A DNA stretch of 64,000 bases from Candidatus Sulfotelmatobacter sp. (GCA_030041215.1 JASHOH010000122.1:7429-71428); one strand, 5' to 3'. Counted from the stretch's first letter, positions 36,267 through 45,898 are shown. Notes: generated from the sequence alone by a model not told the origin. Numbers and translations: made by a program.

Positions 36267-36866
36267 CTACTTCTTTTTCCAAAACCTGCCTACTCCGAGG
36301 CGCACCTGCACGGTGTTGAGCCCCGGATTCGGGCTGGCCAGTCCCGCATTCGAGATATGCAGATAACGCACCTCCACGCTCCAGTTGTACCTCGGGCCGA
36401 GCACGTGCGTGCCCAGAGCAGCGGCGGAGGTAAAGTTGACGTCATTCGTGTACGTGGGCACATTGTGGTCGCTGAACAGCGTGCCGCCGCTCAGCTCAAG
36501 ATAAGGCGAAAGACATCCGCGGCGGTCAAAATTCCACTTAAGACCGAACGGGTTAAATCCCACACCATACGCAGTGTTGGCCGGCTGAAAAATCAGATAT
36601 GCCGGCTCGGCATCGATCACGTATTCGAATCGTCCGCGCAAAAAGCTGGGCAGATGCAAGCCGGTCAGAATCCATCCATAGCGCAGGCCGACATCGAAGA
36701 TTCCCGTGCGCGACGTGCCGCCGGGAACCGAATGTCCGCCGCCGGCCCAGACTTCAATTTCATGGCCGCCCTGTTCGGGGCCGGCCTGGGCGCCCGCGAA
36801 ACGATTGGGAGTCAGCACCAGAAGTAGAAGTAGCGGTAGCGAACGGTTGACAACTAGCCTTCTCAT
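36267..36866 (-). CDS. Acyloxyacyl hydrolase / PagL-like outer-membrane lipid A deacylase
   Basis: Signal peptide MRRLVVNRSLPLLLLLVLTPNRFAGAQA, beta-barrel-like alternating pattern, catalytic-type motif YLHISNAG (HxSN). Confidence 0.65.
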   Translation of the reverse strand: MRRLVVNRSLPLLLLLVLTPNRFAGAQAGPEQGGHEIEVWAGGGHSVPGGTSRTGIFDVGLRYGWILTGLHLPSFLRGRFEYVIDAEPAYLIFQPANTAYGVGFNPFGLKWNFDRRGCLSPYLELSGGTLFSDHNVPTYTNDVNFTSAAALGTHVLGPRYNWSVEVRYLHISNAGLASPNPGLNTVQVRLGVGRFWKKK

Positions 36867-37103
36867 TCTCAACCTGCACTCGCCCAACAACATTGGGCAT
36901 TAGACTCCGCAGTGTAGCAGGCCGTCTGAAGCTCGCGCTGGAAATGCTGCGTCAGCAGGAACCTGACGTTTCCGGGATTGATGCGTTTGTCGGCATAAAT
37001 CCGAAGCTTTGATCGAAGCCAGCAGTGATGCAAATCACAGCACCGGCTTGCCATGGGGGCTACAATTTTCTTGGATCGGAAAGTTCCCGCATCGGAGGCC
37101 CCG

Positions 37104-37565
37104 ATGTTCAGACTAACAGCCCTTCTTACCGCAGCAGTTGTTTTCCTGTCAGTTTTATCAGCGCAGCAATCGCAAACTACACAAAAGCCGTCTTCGCCCT
37201 ATGCTGCCATCCCGGTCGATGCTGCCAAGCAGCCGAACCCGGTCAAGTCAACTCCAGAATCGCTGGCCCGGGCCAAGAAGTGGTGGACCATTGACTGCGC
37301 CATGTGCCACGGCGCGAATGGCGACGGCAAAGGCGAGCTGGCCAAAGACATGAAAATACAGATTGCCGATTTCACCAATCCTGACAGCCTGAAAGACCGC
37401 ACAGATGGCGAGATTTTCTACCTCATCAAGAACGGCTATCAGGACATGCCTCCCGAAGGCGCACGCGTTAAGACAGAAGAGAACTGGGACCTGGTGAACT
37501 ACGTGCGCTCGCTCGCGAAGCCAAAAGCGAACGCGGAGCAGAGCGGCCAAAGCAGTAAGAATTGA
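37104..37565 (+). CDS. Class I c-type cytochrome
   Basis: SD GGAGG upstream of ATG 37104, signal peptide MFRLTALLTAAVVFLSVLSA, heme motif CAMCHG, distal Met region YQDMPP. Confidence 0.8.
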   Translation: MFRLTALLTAAVVFLSVLSAQQSQTTQKPSSPYAAIPVDAAKQPNPVKSTPESLARAKKWWTIDCAMCHGANGDGKGELAKDMKIQIADFTNPDSLKDRTDGEIFYLIKNGYQDMPPEGARVKTEENWDLVNYVRSLAKPKANAEQSGQSSKN

Positions 37566-37599
37566 TCCGCAGGCGCAATGCGCCAAGGTGCTGTGGGGC

Positions 37600-38370
37600 T
37601 TAGAGTCCCAAGCCGCCATCCACTGCCAGAATCTGCCCAGTAATAAACTGCGGAGCCGTTGCGAAAAACAAAACCGCCGCTGCGACCTCGTTCCCAGTTC
37701 CATTTCGCTGCATCGGCGTGCGTTGGGCGATGCGTTTCATGAAGGCCGACTTTTCCCCCAGATCAATCACTCCGGGAGCCACCGCATTTACCGCAATCTG
37801 CGGCGCGAGCGCGATGGCCATGGTTTTCGTAAGCATGTGCAGCGCGGCTTTCGAGGCGCAATAGTGCGCGTGCGTGGGCCACGGCCGCAGGCCGCCCAGT
37901 GATCCCATATTAATGATCTTCGCTTCGGGAACTTCCGATGCTTGCGCTCCCGGATGCCTGCGCCGCATCCACTTCAATGCTTCACGCGAAACCAGAAATG
38001 GCCCGCGCGCATTCGCGGCAAACATGTCGTCCCATTGCCGCAGGGAGATGCGCTCGAACTCGACGTCCTCGTAGATCGCGGCATTGTTAACCAGAATGTC
38101 GATCCGCCCCAACTCGCGCCCCACCTCCTTCATCATCGATTTCACACTAGCTTGGTCGGTCACATCGCAGCGCAGGGCGAAGGCGCGCACGCCGAGGCTT
38201 GCGAGATCGATAACGGTTTGTTGCGCCTCGCGGGCGGAGTCTCGGAATGTGATGGCAACGTCGGCGCCAGCCCGCGCCAAAGCAAGCGCGGAGGCGCGCC
38301 CAAGACGCCGTGCGCCTCCGGTAATGAGGCAGGTTTTTCCCCGTAAAGCTTTGTCTTCGGGATTGGTCAT
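37600..38370 (-). CDS. SDR family oxidoreductase
   Basis: TGGARRLG cofactor motif, NNAA, catalytic YCASK. Confidence 0.9.
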   Translation of the reverse strand: MTNPEDKALRGKTCLITGGARRLGRASALALARAGADVAITFRDSAREAQQTVIDLASLGVRAFALRCDVTDQASVKSMMKEVGRELGRIDILVNNAAIYEDVEFERISLRQWDDMFAANARGPFLVSREALKWMRRRHPGAQASEVPEAKIINMGSLGGLRPWPTHAHYCASKAALHMLTKTMAIALAPQIAVNAVAPGVIDLGEKSAFMKRIAQRTPMQRNGTGNEVAAAVLFFATAPQFITGQILAVDGGLGL

Positions 38371-38437
38371 TTCCGGATTTTACCCCGGCGGCATCCCTTC
38401 TCCGACCGCCCGTGCCCGTAATCTCCCAAACTTTACC

Positions 38438-38477
38438 GTGTGATGCCCTGTGCCCCACTGTGGTTAGATTCTTGATC
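38438..38477 (+). repeat. Intergenic repeat family C copy
   Basis: GTGTGATGCCCTGTGCCCCACTGTGGTTAGATTCTTGATC, upstream of the glutaredoxin-like gene. Confidence 0.5.
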
Positions 38478-38585
38478 TCAGTTGCGACCAGGCACCGATG
38501 GTTGAAGAACTTTCCGGACCAACCGTAGCGGTTCGCGACCTCTTTTTCTTGCCACAAACACCTTTCCTGACTGTACAATCGCCCC

Positions 38586-38831
38586 GTGCCGGAGGTTCGC
38601 CAAGTCGTTCTCTACTCCCGCAAGGGCTGCCATCTCTGCGAAGTCGTCAAAGAGAGCCTGGCCAAGCTTTCCCGCCGGGGCGGCTTTGCCTGGGAGGAAA
38701 TCGACGTCGACAGCGACCACGAACTGCGCCGCCGATTCAATGACGACGTGCCGGTGGTCTTTATCGATGGCCGAAAAGCCTTCAAATACCACATGGACGA
38801 ACGCGAATTCCTCCGCAAGCTGGCTAGCTAA
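38586..38831 (+). CDS. Glutaredoxin-like (thioredoxin-fold, DUF836-type) protein
   Basis: ~81 aa, VVLYSRKGCHLCE active-site CxxC, VPVVFIDG. GTG start. Confidence 0.75.
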   Translation: MPEVRQVVLYSRKGCHLCEVVKESLAKLSRRGGFAWEEIDVDSDHELRRRFNDDVPVVFIDGRKAFKYHMDEREFLRKLAS

Positions 38832-38833
38832 GA

Positions 38834-38950
38834 CAGTAGCCAGTTACCTGCAAAAACTGAGGTTTCAAAGTTTCAATTCAAAGACAACGCCCAACGTTGA
38901 AACCTTGAAAGGTTGAAACCTGCTAACTGGGTACTGGCAACTAGCTACTG
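38834..38950. repeat. Nested hairpin: outer ~15-bp stem enclosing a three-tier stem built from GGTTTCAA/TTGAAACC-type direct repeats
   Basis: Outer CAGTAGCCAGTTACC (38834-38848) pairs with GGCAACTAGCTACTG (38936-38950), 13/15. Inner GGTTTCAA(38861-68)/TTGAAACC(38913-20), TTTCAA(38871-76)/TTGAAA(38905-10), TTCAA/TTGAA. Confidence 0.75.
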
Positions 38951-38975
38951 CCTTTCCGCTACAATCATTCCCGCC

Positions 38976-40568
38976 ATGTTGCGCACGCAACTCTACGCCA
39001 ATCCTGAGAACGTGTTCGTGCATAATGCGATTCTGACTTCGTGCTCCCGGCACGCGAGGAAAACCGCACTGGTGGATACTTCCTGCCGCCGTCGCATTAC
39101 CTACGCAGAATATGGTGAAACGATAGAACGGCTGGCTCGTGGCATGGTCGCAGCGGGAGTGAAGCCGGGCGAAGTTGTCGCTATCTTCCTAAGCAATTCC
39201 TGGGAGTTCTGCGTCTCCTACCACGCAGCGACCCTTGCCGGCGCCATTCCAACGCTTCTGAATCCTTCCTATCGTGAGCGTGAGGTGCGTTATCAATTGC
39301 AGAATTCCGGAGCCGTGCTGCTGATCACCGATGCCGGTAACGTCAAGGGCATCGACCTCAGTGGCTTGCCGAATCTGAGGCGTGTGTTTTGCACGCGAGA
39401 GCAGGGAAGCGGAAGCGAGCCGTTTTGCAATTTACTGCGGCCAGTAGGCACATCGTCACCGAAGCCAAGCCAAAATTCCCAAAGCACGTTAGCGGCGCTG
39501 CCTTATTCGAGCGGGACGACAGGACTGCCCAAGGGTGTAATGCTTTCTCACTACAATCTGATCGCAAACGTCTATCAGTTCCTTGGTCCAGGCGGGACTC
39601 CGCTCAGTGGCGACGACAACATTCTCTGTTTCCTGCCGCTCTATCACATTTATGGACTGAACGTGATACTCAACCCGGCCCTTACCCTCGGCGCCACGCT
39701 GGTCCTGCTGCCGCGCTTCAGCGTTGAACAGGTCGCTGGCTTCGTAACCCAAGAATCGATCACCATGATGCCTCTGGTGCCGCCGGCGATGAACGCCCTC
39801 TGCCTCGCGGCAGAGGCTGGGCAGTTTCCGAAGGATCATCGGGTACTCTGGGTGAAATCGGGCGCCGCGCCACTGGCTCCGGAGTTGCCGCGACGATTCA
39901 CTGCTCTCACAGGCATTCTGGTTTTACAGGGCTATGGCATGACCGAAGCTTCGCCCGTCACTCACGCCGGTTTTCTTGAGCCGGACTTATATCGTCCGGA
40001 TTCCATTGGGCATCCGCTAGTACAGACGGAGTGCAGAGTAATGGCTCCGGAGCAAATTGACGAGCCAGCCGAAAAAGCGGCCGAAGTTTCCACCGGTCAG
40101 CCGGGAGAGCTCGTGATGCGCGGTCCGCAATTCATGCTGGGCTATTGGAACGAGCCTTCAGCCACCGCCGCGGTTCTTCGTGACGGATGGTACTGGTCGG
40201 GAGATATTGTGACGCGTGATGCCGAGGGCTTTTTCCGTGTCGTTGACCGCCGCAAGGAGATGATCAAATACAAGGGCTTTCCCGTCGCGCCTGCCGAGGT
40301 CGAAGCTGTCCTGCTCGAGCACCCTGCGGTTCGTGAGTGCGGAGTGGTGGGCCGGCCCGACGCGGCCGCGGGCGAAATTCCCGTTGCCTTTGTTGCTCTC
40401 CGTGATGGGTTTGCCCCCGACAAAAAGATGGAAGAAGCCTTGTGCGGATTCGTCGCCGATCATCTGACCAGCTATAAACAACCCCGGGAAGTTCACTTCG
40501 TAGATTCCGTCCCCAAGACGGCGTCGGGAAAAATTCTGAGGCGCGAGTTGCGGCAGTTGCTTCGCTAG
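38976..40568 (+). CDS. AMP-dependent acyl-CoA synthetase/ligase
   Basis: AMP-binding motifs LPYSSGTTGLPKGV, GYGMTE, WYWSGDIVTRDAEGFF, PKTASGKILRR. Confidence 0.9.
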   Translation: MLRTQLYANPENVFVHNAILTSCSRHARKTALVDTSCRRRITYAEYGETIERLARGMVAAGVKPGEVVAIFLSNSWEFCVSYHAATLAGAIPTLLNPSYREREVRYQLQNSGAVLLITDAGNVKGIDLSGLPNLRRVFCTREQGSGSEPFCNLLRPVGTSSPKPSQNSQSTLAALPYSSGTTGLPKGVMLSHYNLIANVYQFLGPGGTPLSGDDNILCFLPLYHIYGLNVILNPALTLGATLVLLPRFSVEQVAGFVTQESITMMPLVPPAMNALCLAAEAGQFPKDHRVLWVKSGAAPLAPELPRRFTALTGILVLQGYGMTEASPVTHAGFLEPDLYRPDSIGHPLVQTECRVMAPEQIDEPAEKAAEVSTGQPGELVMRGPQFMLGYWNEPSATAAVLRDGWYWSGDIVTRDAEGFFRVVDRRKEMIKYKGFPVAPAEVEAVLLEHPAVRECGVVGRPDAAAGEIPVAFVALRDGFAPDKKMEEALCGFVADHLTSYKQPREVHFVDSVPKTASGKILRRELRQLLR

Positions 40569-40691
40569 TTCCTAAACAGGGACCTGTTCTGCCCTGTCCG
40601 CGTGCCGTACTCTACCCGAGATCCAAGTCGGTGGATCATCGACATGAGCCTGTCGACCGTGGAACGCCCAAAGATGCCAGGGCGTCTCGCT

Positions 40692-41804
40692 TCACTGTTG
40701 CTTCGCCGCACCGCTGTCGCCGGCAATCTTTTGATGGCTCAGAAAATTCCAGATGACTTCGTTGGCGTTTATCGCGTGGCTGACTTTGCCAACCTCGCTC
40801 TCACTGACGAACTGCTCGCCGCCGGGCCAGGTGTGGCCGCCATCTTTCACGCTATAGAGCATGACCTGGGCGTCTTCGCTGCACCCAGAAAAGGTTAGGG
40901 TCTTCGTTTCTTTCGCGCCTTTGTCGGGAGCGGCAATCTTGCCCTGCGCGGGTTTTTCCGCGCAATGGTCGAACCTGGCCCATTCCTTGCTGCTGTCTTC
41001 CGCCGAAAGAAGGTGGAAGCGTCCGGGCTTATAGGTTCCACCGTTGTAGGGAGCGACCGGGTCGCTGGTTCCCTCAATGAACAATGCCGGTACCGGACGC
41101 GATGGCAGGCAAATCATGGTCTTAGGCAGCTCTGCGCTAACGGCGGCGACTGCCGCGATGCGGTCTGAGATCGAGCATCCGGCTTTCAACGCCATGAAGC
41201 CGCCATCACCCAGGCCCACAGCATAAACGCGATGCGAATCGATCGAGTACTTCAGTCCTAGCTGGTCGAGCATCTGATTCAGGAAACCGATGTCATCTGC
41301 CGGTTCGGAACGACTGCGGTTCTCGTCCGGATTTTGACTTCCGCCTTGGCCACCGGGATAGCCTCCGCCACCACCGCCCGGGTAACCGCCACCACCACCC
41401 GGGTAGCCGCCACCGTACCTGCGCCGGCCATAAGGACTGCGGGCCATTTCGGGCTGCGCTTCCGGACGAACGCCAATGTTCCACTGCGCCCGCAGCGCAT
41501 TGGGATAGACAGTAATTACTCCATTCTTTTCCGCGAACTGGCTGAAGTGCGTGAGACGGCTGAGGTCATCGGCGTCCTGATTTTCGGCATGCAGCAGAAT
41601 CACGACCGGATAATGCTGTTGTTTATCGTAGCCCTGGGGCAAATGGACGATAAAAGTACGGGAGACGTCGTCGACTTCGATTTTCTCCTGAGTTTCCTGG
41701 GCATAGGCCGGAGCAATTGAAATCAAAGCTGCGAAACAGACGGCGAGGGCACGTGCGCAGGACGGAGAAATGTCCTGGGCGGTTCTTATGGCATTTGCTG
41801 ACAT
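40692..41804 (-). CDS. PHB-depolymerase/LpqC-family esterase homologue with Gly-rich insertion and non-canonical nucleophile elbow
   Basis: Signal peptide, then FIVHLPQGYDKQQHYPVVILLHA, DDIGFLNQMLDQL, RVYAVGLGDGGFMA (family consensus is G-L-S-N-G-G). Insertion YGGGYPGGGGGYPGGGGGGYPGGQGG. Confidence 0.7.
   Translation of the reverse strand: MSANAIRTAQDISPSCARALAVCFAALISIAPAYAQETQEKIEVDDVSRTFIVHLPQGYDKQQHYPVVILLHAENQDADDLSRLTHFSQFAEKNGVITVYPNALRAQWNIGVRPEAQPEMARSPYGRRRYGGGYPGGGGGYPGGGGGGYPGGQGGSQNPDENRSRSEPADDIGFLNQMLDQLGLKYSIDSHRVYAVGLGDGGFMALKAGCSISDRIAAVAAVSAELPKTMICLPSRPVPALFIEGTSDPVAPYNGGTYKPGRFHLLSAEDSSKEWARFDHCAEKPAQGKIAAPDKGAKETKTLTFSGCSEDAQVMLYSVKDGGHTWPGGEQFVSESEVGKVSHAINANEVIWNFLSHQKIAGDSGAAKQQ
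41353..41417 (-). repeat. Three imperfect ~21-nt direct repeats encoding YPGGGG(G)
   Basis: CCGGGATAGCCTCCGCCACCACCGC / CCGGGTAACCGCCACCACCAC / CCGGGTAGCCGCCACCGTA on the plus strand, inside the esterase gene. Confidence 0.8.
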
Positions 41805-41974
41805 TACTACACCCTGTGGGGAAGACCCCTATTAAGTGTAGATGCAGGATCGAACTGCATACAGCGCAGATTTGCAAAGATTTGTCATCGTGCCCTGGTC
41901 AGAGCTGGAGGGAACTTTTCCTTCCGCACTGCGTACCTTGTTATGGAAAGCGCCAGAGGGCGCAGGAGGTACGT

Positions 41975-42328
41975 ATGGACGGAAACATCGTTGGGCTGGT
42001 TGCGGTAATCATGGTCTTCGGCATACCGATGGCGGCCATGTACACGTTCTACCGCGTGCGCAAGCTGCGCAGCGAAGAGCGTCTGGCGGCGATTGCCCGT
42101 GGTGTGGACGTGCCCATGCAGCCGGAACTCTCAGAAGCCGCTCGCTCGCGGCGCTCGGGAATTCTGCTGGTTTCTGGCGCAATTGGCTACATCGCAACTT
42201 TCGTTCTGATCGGGCACTATGAGCCGGATGCCACTATCGCAGCCACCTTCGGAGCGATTCCTCTGGCGGTTGGCATCGGCTTTTTCATCGATCATGCGTT
42301 GATCCGCCGCGACGCACGGGCGCACTGA
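41975..42328 (+). CDS. Small membrane protein, unknown function
   Basis: SD AGGAGG upstream of ATG 41975. Three hydrophobic segments in 117 aa. Confidence 0.5.
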   Translation: MDGNIVGLVAVIMVFGIPMAAMYTFYRVRKLRSEERLAAIARGVDVPMQPELSEAARSRRSGILLVSGAIGYIATFVLIGHYEPDATIAATFGAIPLAVGIGFFIDHALIRRDARAH

Positions 42329-42370
42329 CATCGCAATCGGCTGAGTAATGCGTGAACGGGCTGTAAATCT

Positions 42371-43087
42371 TTACGCGCCTGGGACGTGCTGAGTTCCTTC
42401 GTGCGCAGCTGGGGACTCCGGTTGTTCTTCCGGAGGGACGTTGTGACGGACATCGGCTCCCTGGACCCAGAAGATTACATCTTCAGCAATGTTAGTCGCA
42501 TGGTCAGCGACCCGCTCGAGATTGCGGGCGATCAGAAGGGCATCGAGCGCCTGCCGCACTGCCTCCGGACGCTCATTCATAGTCTTCACAAGTTGGATGA
42601 AAGCATCATCCTTCATGCGGTCAACCACGTTGTCCATCTCTAAAACCGCTTGTGCCAACTCAGCCTTGCCTTCGATGAAGGCTTCCAGCGAGCGGCGCAC
42701 CATCGCAGAGACGGCCGCGCCCATGCGGGCAATATCGACAGGAAGATCGACTGCAGGAAGCTCGACCATATCCATGACGCGCTCGGCGATATTGACCGCC
42801 TGGTCGCCCACGCGCTCGAGATCAGAATTGATTTTAGTGACGGCGAGAATAAAACGCAGGTCAACGGCCATCGGTTGCTGCATGGCCAGCAGGTCGAAAG
42901 CGGCCTCGTCGATCTCGCGCTCCGACTGATTGATCAGGCTTTCGCCCTCCAAAACCAGATGGCAGCGATTGAGATCGCGATCAATGTAGGCCTGGCGGGC
43001 GCGGTCGACCGCCTGCTCCGCCAGACCGCCCATGCGGAGCAATTTCTGACGCAGATCGTCCAGCCCTTGCTGAAAGCGCGTACGCAT
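42371..43087 (-). CDS. phoU: Phosphate signalling complex protein PhoU
   Basis: Two PhoU repeats with the E(R)(V/I)(G/A)D(Q/H)A.N(I/L)AE motif (LERVGDQAVNIAE, LERVADHATNIAED). Confidence 0.93.
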   Translation of the reverse strand: MRTRFQQGLDDLRQKLLRMGGLAEQAVDRARQAYIDRDLNRCHLVLEGESLINQSEREIDEAAFDLLAMQQPMAVDLRFILAVTKINSDLERVGDQAVNIAERVMDMVELPAVDLPVDIARMGAAVSAMVRRSLEAFIEGKAELAQAVLEMDNVVDRMKDDAFIQLVKTMNERPEAVRQALDALLIARNLERVADHATNIAEDVIFWVQGADVRHNVPPEEQPESPAAHEGTQHVPGA

Positions 43088-43100
43088 CTAGAAGCCCTTG

Positions 43101-43859
43101 TTAGCCAAATCTGCCGGTGATGTAGTCTTCCGTTCTTTTGTCCGACGGTTTGGTAAAGATCTTTTCCGTCTTATCGAATTCGATCAAGCGGCCCAACAGG
43201 AAAAATCCGGTGAATTCGGCCACGCGCGCCGCCTGCTGCATATTATGGGTCACAATTACGATGGTATACCGCTCTTTGAGTTGAAAGATCAAATCTTCGA
43301 TCTTCCCGGTCGAGATGGGATCCAGCGCCGAGCAGGGCTCATCCATCAAAAGAACCTCGGGGTCAACCGCCAGGGCTCGCGCAATGCAGAGGCGCTGTTG
43401 CTGCCCGCCTGAGAGGCTAGCGCCCGATTTTTTGTGGAGATAATCCTTTACCTCATCCCATAGTGCGGATGCGTCGAGCGAACGGTGCACAATCTCATCT
43501 AGCTGGCGCCTGTCACGAAATCCATTCAGCTTTAGGCCTGAGGCCACGTTGTCATAGATCGACATGCTGGGAAACGGATTTGCCTTCTGGAACACCATGC
43601 CCACGCGCCGCCGGAGCTGTGTCGCCGATGTTCCGTTATAGGCGCTGATTTCGCCGATACGCACGCTTCCCGTAACCCGTGCCTCGGGGATAGTTTCGTG
43701 CATGCGATTCAGACAGCGAATGAACGTAGACTTGCCGCAGCCCGATGGACCGATCAACGCTGTAGCGTGATTGGCGGCGACCGTGAGCTTTATGTCGTAC
43801 AGAGCCTGCGTCTTGCCATACCAGGCATTGAGGTCATCGACATGAATTTCTACGCCCAT
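43101..43859 (-). CDS. pstB: Phosphate ABC transporter ATP-binding protein
   Basis: Walker [10 protein letters not shown], signature LSGGQQQRL, Walker B LLMDEP, and the PstB-typical YGKTQAL N-terminus. Confidence 0.95.
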   Translation of the reverse strand: MGVEIHVDDLNAWYGKTQALYDIKLTVAANHATALIGPSGCGKSTFIRCLNRMHETIPEARVTGSVRIGEISAYNGTSATQLRRRVGMVFQKANPFPSMSIYDNVASGLKLNGFRDRRQLDEIVHRSLDASALWDEVKDYLHKKSGASLSGGQQQRLCIARALAVDPEVLLMDEPCSALDPISTGKIEDLIFQLKERYTIVIVTHNMQQAARVAEFTGFFLLGRLIEFDKTEKIFTKPSDKRTEDYITGRFG

Positions 43860-43861
43860 GT

Positions 43862-44746
43862 TTATGCTGCTCCGAAGGTACCACGACGAACCGCAAAACG
43901 CACGGCCGCTACCGCGAATACAATGAGAATGATCAGCACCAGCGCGCCCGCCCACGCCTGGCGGTGCCACTCATCATAGGGAGAAATGGCGTAACTGAAA
44001 ATTTGCAGCGGCAGGGCTGCCGTCGGCTGGTCCATGCGCAAATTCCAGAACTGGTTCCCGAATGCCGTGAAAAGCAAGGGAGCTGTCTCACCCGCGACGC
44101 GAGCGAAGGCAAGCATGATTCCGGTTATCACTCCCGAGGTCGCCGTGCGCAGCGTTATGGAAAGCGTCGTGCGCCAGCGGGGAATTCCGAGCCCATATGC
44201 GGCTTCGCGCAACGCCTGGGGCACCAGCAGAAGCATTTCTTCGGTGGTGCGGCTGATGGTGGGAATCATCATGATCGCGAGGGCGACTCCACCAGCTAAG
44301 GCCGAGAAATGCCGTTGCGTTAACACCACCAGTGCATAGGCGACAATACCGATCACAATCGAGGGTACACCGTTCAGCACATCAGCGGTGAAGCGAATAG
44401 CGTCTCCGAAACGGTTGCGCGCATATTCGGCGAGGTAAATCCCCGCTCCTATCCCCAACGGAACCCCAATCACGCTGGCGATAGCAAGGATAAAGACAGA
44501 GCCGACAACGGCATTTGCCATGCCGCCTCCCGCCTCACCTACGGGTTTGGGAGTCTGCGTCAGGAATGCCCAATTGATTGAGCCCACGCCGCGATATACC
44601 AGATAGGCGAAAATTGCGAACAAAGGCGTGAGCACCACAATCACTGTCACTATTGACAGGCCGGTCATCACATGATCAGTGATCCGACGGTGCAAAGCGA
44701 TCGGCGGCACACTGTGGCGAACGGCGGCTTTGGCATTCTCCGGCAT
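43862..44746 (-). CDS. pstA: Phosphate ABC transporter permease PstA
   Basis: Six TM segments and an EAA-type loop ([14 protein letters not shown]). Directly follows pstC. Confidence 0.9.
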   Translation of the reverse strand: MPENAKAAVRHSVPPIALHRRITDHVMTGLSIVTVIVVLTPLFAIFAYLVYRGVGSINWAFLTQTPKPVGEAGGGMANAVVGSVFILAIASVIGVPLGIGAGIYLAEYARNRFGDAIRFTADVLNGVPSIVIGIVAYALVVLTQRHFSALAGGVALAIMMIPTISRTTEEMLLLVPQALREAAYGLGIPRWRTTLSITLRTATSGVITGIMLAFARVAGETAPLLFTAFGNQFWNLRMDQPTAALPLQIFSYAISPYDEWHRQAWAGALVLIILIVFAVAAVRFAVRRGTFGAA

Positions 44747-44747
44747 A

Positions 44748-45788
44748 TTACGGATGCGCGCTCGCAGGCTGCCCGCGTGTAACGGTCCAGACCAGCAGCC
44801 GGGCAAGAGTATTGACGATAATCGTAACCAGGAACAGCGCCAGCCCGATTTCGATCAGAGCGGAAAGGTAAACGTCACCGGTTGCCTCGCTGAATTCGTT
44901 GGCCAGAACGCTGGCCATGGTGTATCCAGGAGCAAAAAGAGATTTGACGATCTGGGGGCGGTTCCCGATGACCATGGTGACCGCCATAGTTTCGCCCAGT
45001 GCGCGTCCCAGACCAAGAATGATCGCGCCGACGATTCCAGCCCGCGCGTTGCGCAGCACCCCTATGCGAATCATCTCCCATCGCGTGGCGCCCAGCGCCA
45101 GAGCGGCCTCACGCTGATGTTGCGGCACGACCATCAGCACTTCGCGCGTAATAGACGAAATGATGGGAATGATCATGATAGCTAGGATAATTCCCGCCGC
45201 CAGCATACTAATGCCGTATGGGGGGCCTTCGAACAGTCCGGTCCACCCCAGCGTTCGTGCCAGGAACGGCTCGACGTAATTGCTAAGAATCGGGACCAGG
45301 ATGAAGATCGCCCAAAGACCGTAAATCACGCTTGGAATGGCAGCCAGCAGCTCCACAAAAAACGAAAGCGGTCCTCGCAGAAAAACCGGACACATCTCGG
45401 TTGTAAAGACCGCGACACCAATCGACAACGGCACGGCAATGAGCAATGCTAGGAATGACGAAACCAGAGTTCCATAAATAAAGGGAAGTGCGCCAAAGCT
45501 TTCATTGACTGGATCCCAATCCCGCCCGGCGAAAAATTTCAATCCAAACGCATGCCAGGATGGCCCGGATCGCAGCACTAATTCGAAAACGATCAGGACG
45601 AGCGTGGCAAGCACGGCCACACCGCACAGCATCATGACCGATTTAAAGATTCGATCACCCGTTTCGCCGGTTCCGAATTTAAGCAACGGGGCGGCCCGCG
45701 CTCCAACTCGAGGCAATTCGCTAAGTTTTTTAGCCTCAAAGGGTTGCGGGGCAGACATATCGGGCTGAGGAGAAGCAGGCAAACCCAT
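44748..45788 (-). CDS. pstC: Phosphate ABC transporter permease PstC
   Basis: TM permease with EAA loop (REAALALGATRWEM). The start may instead be ATG 45758. Confidence 0.9.
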   Translation of the reverse strand: MGLPASPQPDMSAPQPFEAKKLSELPRVGARAAPLLKFGTGETGDRIFKSVMMLCGVAVLATLVLIVFELVLRSGPSWHAFGLKFFAGRDWDPVNESFGALPFIYGTLVSSFLALLIAVPLSIGVAVFTTEMCPVFLRGPLSFFVELLAAIPSVIYGLWAIFILVPILSNYVEPFLARTLGWTGLFEGPPYGISMLAAGIILAIMIIPIISSITREVLMVVPQHQREAALALGATRWEMIRIGVLRNARAGIVGAIILGLGRALGETMAVTMVIGNRPQIVKSLFAPGYTMASVLANEFSEATGDVYLSALIEIGLALFLVTIIVNTLARLLVWTVTRGQPASAHP

Positions 45789-45790
45789 TC

Positions 45791-45827
45791 GATTGTACCG
45801 TAACAGATTCCTGTTAATGGGAGGTTA
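45791..45827 (-). promoter_or_regulatory. Candidate Pho-box-like direct repeat (TTAACC-N5-TTAACA) plus -10-like TACAAT upstream of pstC
   Basis: The minus strand reads TTAACCTCCCATTAACAGGAATCTGTTACGGTACAAT. The hexamers have 11-bp periodicity, and TACAAT lies 14 nt downstream. Confidence 0.3.
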
Positions 45828-45898
45828 AAATAGCTGAGTTTTTAGGTTGCCTTTTTGCCGGTAAGATTGTATTTTCATCTCCCGATTCGTTTCCAGCC

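Noticed and set aside
38861-38920. Repeated GTTGAAAC/TTGAAAG units reminiscent of CRISPR repeat termini.
   Set aside because: The units are only 6-8 nt long and directly adjacent, with no spacers. They pair with inverted copies to form a hairpin, and no cas genes are present. This is not a CRISPR array.
41842-41860. tRNA T-arm-like hairpin on the minus strand (TGCAG-TTCGATC-CTGCA), a possible tRNA gene or att-site remnant.
   Set aside because: No matching acceptor stem, D-arm or anticodon arm exists in the flanks, and no integrase or other mobile-element gene is nearby.
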